From Bigelowiella natans CCMP2755 (taxonomy: Eukaryota; Protista; Cercozoa): a stretch of 64,000 nt of DNA. The first letter of the stretch is position 1; every line of letters begins with the position of its first letter. Below are positions 1 to 13,861 of the stretch, in pieces. The notes below the pieces were generated by a model. That model made no database searches and was not told the DNA's origin. It was given only the letters and a program-made list of their open reading frames with translations. Position numbers and translations under genes: made by a program. The stretch is from the NCBI GenBank assembly GCA_000320545.1, contig ADNK01002630.1:8502-72501 (forward strand), read 5' to 3'.

Positions 1-48
1 AAGGAAATGATGACCGCGCGCTTTCATACCGCCCCCCACCATGCTTAG

Positions 49-1169
49 AGAATATGTGCTTGGAATGTCTGCTGCCTCTCGGGGGACTGCGAGGGAGAAG
101 ATCGGTCTATCGTTCCAGGTACTACCCCTTGTTACAGCGCCGAAGTCGAAGTACGTTTTTAGGAGCTTCTCTTTCGTCCTGTCTCACTGCAGGTTTATGA
201 TGAAGACAATACGGGGAGGATTAAGCAGGTTGATCATAAACAATGGCGATGATTTACCGAAATGTAGCATTTAACTCACCTCGAAATCGGGCACTGTACG
301 CAGGAGGAGATGGTGAATATCCTATGCGCTGTTGCTGACCATGAGAGCAGAGTCCAGGGTATCTATAAAATCAATCAAGTTCCTTCAAAACGCATATATA
401 ATGCTTGTATGGTGTGTGCTTGTGCCCGAAAAAAAGCTTGATACACCTGATTTTGGTTCTTTCGTCGCCTTGCAGGCATGAAGAGCACCGTGGATAAGGA
501 AGCGATTGCTAGATTCGTTGAAAAGGTAAGAATTGTTCAGACTTGTGTGGCGTGGGACTGTGCAACTTGCAAGAATACAGCATATTGTGCTATTGAAAAG
601 GTCTTTGTCAAGTACGATGCGAAAAAGAACGGCGTGCTGACGTAAGCGCCTCTCTCTGACCCTCAATACATTCTTTTCCGAAAGACATCGAGAAGTTTAA
701 TCGTTGGTGTGCACGTGGCTCGAATAGGTTTGATGAGTACGTGCGGGCAGTAATGAATCACCCCGATTTGGTGGAGTTTAAGAGCGACAGGTATGCTGTC
801 TTTCACATCTCCGTGATTGTTGTGAAACTCTCTAGGCGCTGTAGTCGTTCTTTTCTTTTCGTACGGAAGTCTGACCGGGAAGCTCCTGACAGATGCGATT
901 GTATGCCGCAACAACTCAGAACACTTTTGGGAGGCGCCAAGGCTCAAGGTGTTACCACCCCTCCTTCCCCTGATCGAAAGCAATCCTCAAACACTACTAC
1001 AAACGCAAACGGAGCCTCCTCAGAGTCTTCCAAAAGTCACGAACTGAGCTACGAAGAATGGATGATAATTGGAATTAAGAAGAAGTATCTTAAGATTGTT
1101 GGGAGAGGGCCGAAGTTCGCGCTGCGCGACGGTACGCCTTGCGATGTGTCTAGAAGCGTCAGCGACTAA
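49..1169 (+). CDS. EF-hand calcium sensor, NCS-1/recoverin/calcineurin-B-like (5' end upstream of window; about 7 exons visible)
   Basis: Joining GT-AG exons (~49-118, 193-228, 304-358, 476-526, 601-641, 728-790, 893-1169) gives EYVLGMSAASRGTAREKIGLSFQ-VYDEDNTGRIKQ-EEMVNIL...FVEK-VFVKYDAKKNGVLT-FDEYVRAVMNHP. This is the EF3/EF4 pattern of the NCS/CNB family. Stop TAA at 1167-1169. Confidence 0.8.
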
Positions 1170-2108
1170 TGCTAGTAGACATGACTACTGGCGCTGAACA
1201 TACTGATGAGCATCGCTCCCACATTAATAAAAACAACAAGCGACTAGTGTGCGATGATAACATTAAGTCCCCATCCCCATCTAGCTACGCATCTGCAGAA
1301 TAGTATTTGTTTCTAAAGCTTTATAGATGCGATTTGTGTACACAGCTAGACAGCATGCATACCACCTCCCTCCACCAGACCTATATGTGTCTGAAAGATG
1401 CTAGAGCAATGATGCACTAGAAAACAAAGTTGCGCTACACCGTATTTTGCTGCTTGCATTGGCGGTGAATGTAAAATGCGTTCAAAATCTAAAACAATCT
1501 AGCAATACAGCCGCTAGCGAATGCTAAAGTTCTGATAGCTAGCTAGCTAGATTGCTAGATAGTGCAATACTCCTATTGTTCCCTGTCGATTACCATTTAT
1601 TAGTTGCATCTCAAACGCTTTGTTTCGATTGTTGCAATTTGCTAGTTTAACAACTCTGCACAGCTAGACTAGACAGCCTAGCTAGCCAGCTAGCTAGTAG
1701 CGCTAGTCGTAGCGGTTACGATGATCGGTGCTCATCTAGCACGTGCTAGCATACCTAGCTAGCTAGCTAGCTAGATTTGATCTTTAATACTTTGCTAGTC
1801 ATTACACATGATGCGTAATCCTATCCTTAGCAATGGCCACAATAATCGACTACCAAGACAAAGAGGGTAGGATTTTCTACACGTAGATCTCCACATGTTC
1901 AGGCACAGCAGGTCTTTCAACTCAACAAAGAGAATGCATTCATTGCTTTATAAGAAGTAACTTTATAAATGTACATTAGATTTATTGCGCATAAACTATT
2001 TTTCGGCATGAATTATGCTTCAACGAATATTTACATCGCATAGCTGTTTTTTGTCTAACCCCGTGTATGGCCCCCCTCTAGGGCAAATCTAATATCTAAA
2101 AAAAATCC

Positions 2109-4570
<2,462 letters not shown>

Positions 4571-4831
4571 CACGGCGTCAGGGCCTGGTCCTTGTCGAAT
4601 GATCAAAATGTAAAGACAAGTTCTTTTTAATTGGTTGTTCAACCTAATATTTAAGATCTAGTTTTCCGGCAAGAATTTGCCCCTGAACTAACAAAGGATA
4701 GGCGTCTGACTTCAACATGACATATTGTAGTTATACGCATGGCATTTTTATATGAAGACTTGAAATTTTAGGTAAAATTACAGTAAATTCGCTCAAAAAG
4801 CCGCTTCCGCCCCTCCAACTTCGAGAGTGCT
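4571..4831. promoter_or_regulatory. Short AT-rich divergent promoter region between nicotinamidase and AFG2/SPATA5
   Basis: Head-to-head start codons about 260 nt apart with AT-rich spacer; no specific motif identified. Confidence 0.5.
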
Positions 4832-7800
4832 ATGGCCAAGAAGAAGAAGAAGAAAAGGCGATCGGACGCCGGCCGCTATGGAATTGAGGAGCACCGGCCA
4901 GGCAGTAGCCACAGCCGTGGTGGTGGGGGACGCGCTGGGCAACGCAAAAATGGTCCGAGCGAGGCCAAGGCTTTCAGATTTACAGTTGAGCGGGTTGTAA
5001 TGGATTCCTCCGGAACTGACGGGGGGAACTCCATGCTGATGAGCCACGAGGCCTTCAAAGCTCACGGCTTTCGGTTTGGGGGAAAGCTCGTGATTCTGGC
5101 GATCGTCGGTGACGGTGACAGCGGCGGCTCGAAGAAGCATTTCGTAGGAACAGTGTGCTGCTGGCCCGCGACTTGCGTTCGACAGCGTGCCATTCGCTTA
5201 CAGCTCTCTTCCATCTGGAGCTCGTTGTTGCAAGAAGGAAGAGAGGTAGAGGTGCGCCAATTGGGTTCATTGGTATCGACCCCATTGTCGGTTCCTGAGA
5301 CCGTGGCCATTCACTTGGTAAATAGTAGTGCGAACGATCGAGAGGGGAAAAACAATCGGCTGCGTGGTGGTAGCGCTGTTGCCTTTTCGCCTCACAAGTC
5401 TCAGGATAATCCTTCATATTTTTCTACTACTACTACGCCTACTAATACTACTACTACTACTGCTACACACAAACCGTCCTCTTCCTCCTCCTTCGTCATT
5501 TCAAAAGCGGTGCGTCAGTACCTCACAACTGCTTTCCGCGGGGAGGTCGTTGCGGAAGGTTGCACGTTGATGGCCAGCGTGGAAGGGCGGTCTAGATTCT
5601 TCCGCGTCGAGGAAATTTCGGCACGCTCTGTTCGCAATAGTACGCCCTCCAGCCCCAGGCAGACGACAAATGTTCCACCACGTCTCTTTAAGTTGGGCGG
5701 GGAAACGAGACTGGTGTTTCAGCGGGACGCGGCTAGAGATTCGTCACAGCCGCTTGCTGCTCTCCAGGGGAATAAAGAACGGAATAGCCTAGAGAAAGGG
5801 TCGGCTCCACCTATTGACAAAGGCAGCAGCGATGGTGATAGCTTGCACGGTGGTGATGGTGGCCAGATAGCGGCCACACGCTTTGTTGATATTGGTGGTT
5901 TGGGGAATGAGTTGAAGAGAATACGTCAAACAATCGAAGCTGGGTTAGGCTTGCTCCCCAAGCACATCTTCAACTCCTCCCAGGCGACCCCTTTGCGCCC
6001 GCCGAAAGGCCTTCTGCTATTCGGCCCTCCCGGCACGGGGAAAACCATGATTGCGAGGGCCGTGGCGAGTGAGTTTCGAGCTGCCTTTATCACGGTGAAT
6101 TCAGCAGAGATTCTCGGCCGATACGTCGGTGACGCGGAGGAGCGTCTTTCGCGAATATTCCAGGAAGCTGAGGAAAAGGCGCCCTCCATCATTTTCTTCG
6201 ATGAAATCGACGCGATATGCCCCAGCAGGGATTCCTCGTCGGGGGTCAACGAGCATACGCAGCGGCTCACTGCGACGCTGCTTACGCTGCTAGACGGCGC
6301 TAATATGCGCGAGGCGCGAGTTGTTGTCATTGCAGCTACCAATAAGCCGAACGACCTGGATGAAGCTCTGCGGAGACCAGGACGGATGGACCGGGAAGTT
6401 GCGGTAGGAATCCCAAACGAGGAAGGGCGCTTTGAGATCTTGACGAAGATGCTGCGCAGCATGCCGCATCGGCTTTCTGAGAGAGAGATTCGGCACTGCT
6501 GCTCGATTTCTCACGGGTACGTGGGTGCTGATCTTCGCTCTCTATGCCAGGAGGCGGCCTTTGCAACGCTAAATCAACTAAGGGAAAATAGGAGGAGGAG
6601 GAGGGGGAGGATGAGAGTGAGGGTAAAGAAGGAAGAACTTAGCATGAATCATCTTCCTCACGCCGCTGGCAAAGCTGTTGGTAGTACTACCCAATCTTCT
6701 TCGTTACTGAAAGGGAAAGTTTCGAGCAATGCGGAGGGGGGAGAGGAAGACTCGAGCTGCAACGAGGTGAGATATTTCGAATGTAATGACAGAGAAGTGT
6801 ATCATATACACGCACCTATGTTACCGTCAAAACAGAGCATCTTTTGCTTCTAGCATTTCTGTCTGCAAGCCTAACGATTGCCCTTGTTATGATGGGGCGC
6901 TTGGGCCCGGTCGATTTCGCAACACTTTCAAATTCTAACCTCTCTTTTCGTATATACTGCCGCAGCGTGGAGGCATCGTCAACGTGGAAAACGATGAACT
7001 GAAAGAAGCAGGAGGGGGGGGGGCAGCGGAAGAAGAGTCAATAACATTCGGCGACTTTCAACGTGCGTTCGCAACCGTTCAACCATCGGCCATGCGCGAG
7101 GTGAGCGTGGAGGTGCCTAAGGTCAGTTGGGAGGACGTTGGCGGTCAATGGCAAGTGAAGCAGCGCCTCAAAGAAGCTGTGGAATGGCCGCTGCGATATC
7201 CTCATAAGTTCAAGCGTATGGGAATCCGCCCGCCGCGCGGGGTGCTGCTCTATGGGCCTCCTGGCTGCAGCAAAACGCTGATGGCGAAGGCGCTCGCGCA
7301 CGAGAGCTCTCGCAACTTTCTCGCCGTGAAAGGCCCGGAGCTCTTCAGCATGTACGTCGGCGAGTCGGAGCGCGCGGTGAGAGACCTCTTCTCGAAGGCC
7401 CGGGCGGCATCTCCCTCCATCGTCTTCATGGACGAAGTGGACGCCCTGGCCGTGTCCCGGAGCGACGGCAGCGAGGGAAACAGAGCCCGCGACCGCGTTT
7501 TGGGACAGCTCCTCAGCGAGTTGGACGGGATGCAGCCGCTGGAGAACGTCGTGGTCATTGCGGCGACCAACCGGCCTGACCGGATAGACGCCGCGATGCT
7601 GAGGCCTGGGAGGATTGACCGCATGCTGTACGTGGGACTGCCCGATCGGAAGTCTCGAGAGGAGATAGCTGCGATTCAGTTGAAGGGCATGGCACACGAC
7701 AGCGGGAAAGTGAGTCCGTCATTGATCGCCGAGATGACAGAAGGATTCTCGGGCGCGGAGGTGTGCTCGTTGTGCAAGCAAGCAGCTGCCATAGCCCTCG

Positions 7801-7928
7801 AGGAGGACATCGACGCGGAGAAGGTTAGAGCGGAACATTTCGAGGCAGCGCGGAAAGAAAACCCCCCGCGGATCACCGAAGAGATGGTGCAGTGGTACAA
7901 AAACTTTCAAAGCGAATCGCTCGCGTGA
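4832..7928 (+). CDS. AFG2: AFG2/Drg1/SPATA5-family double AAA+ ATPase (60S ribosome maturation), 2 exons: 4832-6766 and 6966-7928
   Basis: D1 GPPGTGKT / IIFFDEID / LRRPGRMDRE and D2 GPPGCSKT / VFMDEVD / LRPGRIDR. The D2 GCSKT Walker A is typical of Afg2/SPATA5. The intron 6767-6965 (GAG|gtgaga...cgcag|CGT) joins the two ORFs in frame. Confidence 0.88.
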
Positions 7929-9034
7929 TGAGTAGTATGGCAAACGCGAACTCTGTGATAGTAGACGGAGCCTGGTGGTGCACAAAAGGATGGGCAGACA
8001 AATGCTCGCCGCACACGACTTTTTTTATCACCAGGCGTTCGTGAAGTTTTGCACACATCGATGAACACATGGAGACATCTAGACACCTAGAATTACTAGT
8101 CTAAGCAATGGTCATTAAAACTTAGATGATGAAATCACGTACCAGCAAATTTTGTTCACTCGCATCTGCAGGTGGACAAGTCTAGACAGCATGCGATGCT
8201 TACTGCTACGTCAGATTGGAATAGCTAGGATATAGCAGCTAGTGCATATAGAGTCTTCTTGCTAGCTTGTTTGTACGTACGATGATATTTTACGTACAGC
8301 TGCATGATTCTATAATATCGTGCTATGTGCATGGCTAAATGGCTAAATCAAAGTGTGCATCACTTCCAGACAAGCTAGACAATTTGCGAGGCGCGTGTAC
8401 GTACTCACTTGCACATGCACAGGTTGCGCGTACATGTAAGTGCAACAAGCAAAATCAAAAAGAAAATCTACAGTAACCCTAAAACATGTATAAGATGCTA
8501 GGATGAGCTGCGCGTGCGCTTGAATGCGCTACATAGCAAGGTAGCTCCAATGAACTAGTCAAGCTAGCAAGATGCATTTTTACACTACACACGCACGTAC
8601 TTGCTACGATGAATTGCAACATCACCACGCACTTCACAATAATCACAACCGGCGCCTGCGCTAGCTCTAAAGCTGCTGGCTGTATGTTCATTTGTTCTAC
8701 GCACTTGCTTCAGACTTCCATCATTTTGGCAGTCGTGTGTGCAATTCTAGAATTAGCTAGCAGCCACATGCATGCATTTGTGCGTCCATGCAATCAAAGC
8801 TTTGTGAAACAAAACAAAGAAACCCTGCAAGATGAAACAGTATTTAGATTTAATGATTATTTTACCACTTACAGCAGTAAAAACTATTGGGCTAAGTAGG
8901 GCACCATGCCGCTCCACTCGGGTCTTTTGAGTTTGCATGCACAGAGTTTCTAGCTAGTCTAGGCAAGTCTAGAAATCTTCTCAAATTGTCATCGGTAATG
9001 ACAACGTCTAAATAGATGTGGATTTAGCAGCCTG

Positions 9035-12000
9035 CTACTGCAGATTGATTTTGAGCTCAGATTTGGCAGCCTCGATGACCTGCACAAGGTCGACAATGTA
9101 GCGGAGCGGCACTGCTTTGGGAAATCCCTTTTGGAACCAAGAGTAGGTCTTCAGCGCCTTGCCGTCCAGCTCCGCGTGCTCCATGAAGTCTGCCGCCGCC
9201 TTGGAGGGATCGTGGGTGCCCTCGACGAGAATCGTGGCGATGGTTGATTGCATCACTGCGAGCAGAGCTTCGAGGGTCGCATCGTCAGCAATCTCCTTGC
9301 AATCGAGAATGTCAGCTTTGATCCCCCGCGCGCGCTTCGCGTCGATGGGATGCTTGTAGGACATGTGCACGTCTTGGAACCTCGACTTGACGAGCACCGA
9401 CCGGAGCGTGGCCCAGAGCGAAGCCACGTGCTTCAGCCGCACCTGCTGCTCGATCGTCTTCGACTCCATTGCGCCGGCGGCGTCCTCCATCAGCAACGTC
9501 TCGCGCATGTACGTGGAGATGAGCACCTCGCCCAGATCGCCTGGGGAGGACACCTTGGACGACGATGACGATGCTGATGTCGTAGCGGTAGCTGTCACAA
9601 AGGCAATGACTGTTTCGAGGAGCTGCAGGCACTTTAGCGCCGCAGCGCCTGACCGAAGCTCGCCGAGAATGGAATCGCGCATGTCCGAGGTCAGCTCATC
9701 CTGAGGAACGCGCCGAGCAATGGCCGCCACATCAATCGCGTCAGCATCGTCGGCGTACTGCACCGCTAGCGAGCTGGTCTCATGCGCATCAACAAGCGGC
9801 TTGCCGATGAAGTAGGTGTCCATCAGGTACTGCTGCGCGTTGTCAAAGTTGTACACAGAGGCTCCCTCCGCGGTGTGATCGACGCACTGCTTCATCACGA
9901 ACGGGACGAACCGGCCCTCCAAATCGTACGAAATCGCCTGCGTCTGCGTGAGGAACCGAGGGCTGACAAACGACGCTGCCGCTGCGGCTGAAACCGCGCC
10001 CCCCTGCCCGGCAGACGAGGCGATGTGGAGAAGCTCCTGCCCCGTGTTCCGGAGGAAGACCGCGACGAGGGAGAGGAATTCGTTGTGTCTCTTCACAAGC
10101 TCCATAGTAATGGCCGCCGCACAGCGGCCTTCGTCGCGGTCTGACGCCAGCAGCAGCGTAATGGGAGACGCCTCTGAGACGGAGATGTCGCGGAACTTAT
10201 CAGGGATACGCTCGCCAACCTCCTCCCCCGCATCGGCAACGAAGTGCTTGATCCCTGGCCATGCAAGCTCCCAAGCCTTAGAGTAGCCCTGCAGCGCCTC
10301 GTAGCACGCACGCTTCTCTCCGCTGCCCTTCGCGTACGCTTCGATCGCGTCCTTGACGGTCAGCTTGCGCGCGGATTCCATATCCAAGGCGCGCGTGAGT
10401 CGCGGCACCAGCATCGTTTGGAACCGAAGAACATCGGGGAGGTAGCGAAGAGGGCGCAGCGACTCCTCGGCGGAGAGGAACCGAGAAAGCACCGGGAACT
10501 TCGCTGAGTCTCCGATGTCCCCACGCCTCTTCGCGAGCGCGGCCGTCGCCTCCTCGTCGCGGCCAAGTTGAGCGGCGAAGTGGCCGAGCGAGAACGCGTG
10601 CCGGTACCTCCATAGCTCAGGGGCGAGCAGCTTGCTCTCCTCCGCCGGCAGCGCCTTGGTGTCTAGGCGCTCATTGAGGTCGTCGGTGAAGAGTGTGAGC
10701 TGTGGGTTAGGGCTGGGCTTTGAGGCATCTCGCAGCTGCTTCAGCAGGATATCAATCTCCACTTTGCGCTGGCTGACAATGCTTTGCGCAACACCGGTTA
10801 CGGAGTCGATGACGATCTGGCGATGTCGCTCGGTCCCGAGGACCCCCCAGTCTTTCATCCACCGGCGTTGTGCTTCCAGCAAAAACCGCCTCTTCGTGTC
10901 ACCTGACTGCTTCATCTTCTCCTCTGCTACTTTGGCCAGCGCTACCTCCTCGTCAATGGCCTTGGGAGTCTTCGTGATAAACCTTTCGCCCTCCTTCCAT
11001 TGCGGCAATGCTTTGAGCTTCGCCATAGCCTCTCTAATAGTCTGTTTGTCGATGCTCCACCTGACGAACGAATGCAGCATGTACATAGTCGCGCCACCGA
11101 GTTCCCCCTTCTCGTTTTCCATTTTCTTGGGCGGCGGTATCGCATTCTTCACGAACTCGTGCGAGGCCAACACTGCCTGCAGGCCCTCCACGGTTTTCGG
11201 CCCGAGCTTTCCATCAACGTTTAACTTGGCTTCGGCGAATGCTTTGCCGGCGCCGGCGTGTCCAGGTTTGGGCAATCTATGGTTGACGAAAGTCTGCATC
11301 GCTTTGACGTCGGCCTCCTCCATCTCCGCAACCGTGAGGTCGGGCCGGTACCCCGTCGGAGCGAGAAAACGATCGGCACCGAGCACGAACTTGAATGCCC
11401 TGCACGCGGCGCCGGTTATCTTCTTCGAATCCACGCCTTCGCTCGGTTTAGGGCAATGGTACACCGGCTTGACGATGCGATTTCCGGGAGCGTTCTTCCA
11501 GACGTCGCCGTCATCGTATTGCACGGAATACGTTCCGTCGCCGTTGTTGCGGACGATTTTGCCCATAAAGACGCCATGCTCGTTCCTAAATTGAGCGCCA
11601 ACGCGTTCTCCAGCGGCAAACTTGGTCTTGATTCCTACCGGTTTTGGTTGATGTCAGTGCGAAGTCTGCTGCGGGGGGAATTGAGTAGCTTCGGAATAAA
11701 ACGCAGTGGGAGAATGAATCCTCAAAATGCCAGGAAAAATGATAGACAATTATAAACCAAAACCACAAAACAACGCCATACGGCCGAGCTCACCGTGAAT
11801 GCAAAATTCAAGAGAAGAAATCGAAAGCAAGAAAATAAGCGACGAAGACATCCTCGTCATCACTCTTTGATTCTCACAACTGCTCGATATCAAATCACAA
11901 AATACGCCGCGGACGTCGATCATCTTCTATCGCCAACGCTGCTAGAATTGACCTCCCGTCGTGGCAGCCCACATCATTCAAAATCGTCTTTCAGTGAGGA

Positions 12001-13819
12001 AAAATAAAAAGGAAATCCAACCTGTCAAATCGACTTTACTGGCCTTCGCCTTGGCGTCAGCTATAACATCCGCAAGGGTCGGCATTCCTCGCGTTTTCTT
12101 CTTGCTTTTCTTTCCTTCCCTGGCCTCTTGAACCCCTCCTTGTTTTGCCTCGCCGCTCCCAGCGCTCTCGAAACCTCCAACACCTCCGCCAACGAAACTA
12201 TTACCAAATCCACTACCACTTTTATCACCACTGCTCGCAAATGGGTTAGATCCGCCGCCACTCCCAAATCCGCCACTGCTGCTGCTGCTGGAACCAAACG
12301 GGAGCGAGGGGGCCTTAGCCATGTTCTCCTCTAGCATTGCCTTCAATATTTGATCCTCGTCAATCGGCTAATAAACAGTCGAGTCATCACCGGGCCAACG
12401 TGAACAGGGAAGCAGGCAGCAGCAAAATCGCGAAGATTTCAACAACTCATAAAATGTTTGGAAACGCGCGTGCGCGCGCACACTTGCACCCCCTCACATA
12501 CAGGGAGCGAGAGAGAGAGAGATAGGGAGAGAAAGAGAGAGAGAATTTGTGCATAGCACACAAACATGATGCAGAAACACGGCTGCTCGTCCTCGCAAGA
12601 CAAAAAAGAAAACCGACGCGGAAGGAAAGAACAAACCTGCTGCTTTAACGTGGCGGTTGTTGCCTTCAGTGCCTGGTTTGATATTATACATAACTCAGTG
12701 AGATTACATGCCATTCTAATCGAAACACGATCAATGGGAGCGAATATCGTTATTTGGTGGCTCTTGCGAGGAATAGGAGAGATTTTGTATTATGTAAGCA
12801 ACCTCCTTCTCTTCTTCCTCCTCCTCCTCCTCCTCCTCTTCCTCCTCCTCAGCTTCCTCTTTCTCCTTCGGGGGAGGCCCCGTATCGGCATTCTCGAAGC
12901 ACCAGTTGGCAGCTTGGCCGACGTCGCCATTGCAGGCCATCAGGCCGCGGACCGCGTGATGCTCCGCGATCCCCATCATCGTCAGCTGCGGAGCCATCGA
13001 CTTGTAGAGCTCTCTCTTGGCCTTCTCCTCGGCCCTCTTCTGCTTGGCCAACGCCCTCTGCCGCCTGGCCTCGAGACGCGCCCTGTGAAGCTGCTCGAGC
13101 TGTTGGCGGTACTTCTGCATTGCGCCGAGAGCGGCCTTTTCCTCCGGGGTCAGCCCTGCGTACGGATCGTTGTTATTCTGGAGGGAAGAAAGCTGCAGAT
13201 TCGAGGGGAGCTGTATCGTGCTCCCGGCCAATCGCGAGAGCACGCTTTGCGCGAGGAGCTCGGCGTCCTCGAGCGAGATCGCGAGACTCCTGGCCAGGTA
13301 CGAGAGGTCTGTTTCAATCAGGCCGAGCAGCTTTGCCTCGGGGTCAACAACCTGCGCGTTTGACGAGGAAAGCTCGCGGTTAGTAGGAAGTCGCTAGGAG
13401 GATCTAGTATCAATAGTCCGCTCGTCGATGACTGACGACTGCGGAGTGGTTTGTTTTGGCGACGGATTACCTTCTGCAATCCTACATCGCTCAAAATCTT
13501 GGTGGCAGCTGCCTTCCACGCCTTCGCATCCACGACCGCTGACGACGCGTAAAGAGTGGCGGAGCAGGACAACCTGTAGGGCACATCGATATTGCCCCGA
13601 CAATTAATGGGCTCTGTCAAGAATGATGATCTCTCGCAGCATCGGCGTGTGTCAAAGTGTTGTGTGATAAGAGAGGGCAGGGAAGAGGTCGGTCTACGAA
13701 GTGAATTCGAGCAATTTTGAGAATTCCCCACACCCTTTCGCTCCCTCTTTCTGCCGCTCTCCTCCTTATGCCGCACGCGAAGAAGCATATGCACGCGTAT
13801 ATATTTACATATATCTACA

Positions 13820-13861
<42 letters not shown>

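Noticed and set aside
4832-7928. Two separate AAA ATPase genes (673 aa and 314 aa)
   Set aside because: A canonical intron at 6767-6965 joins them in frame into one D1-D2 protein.
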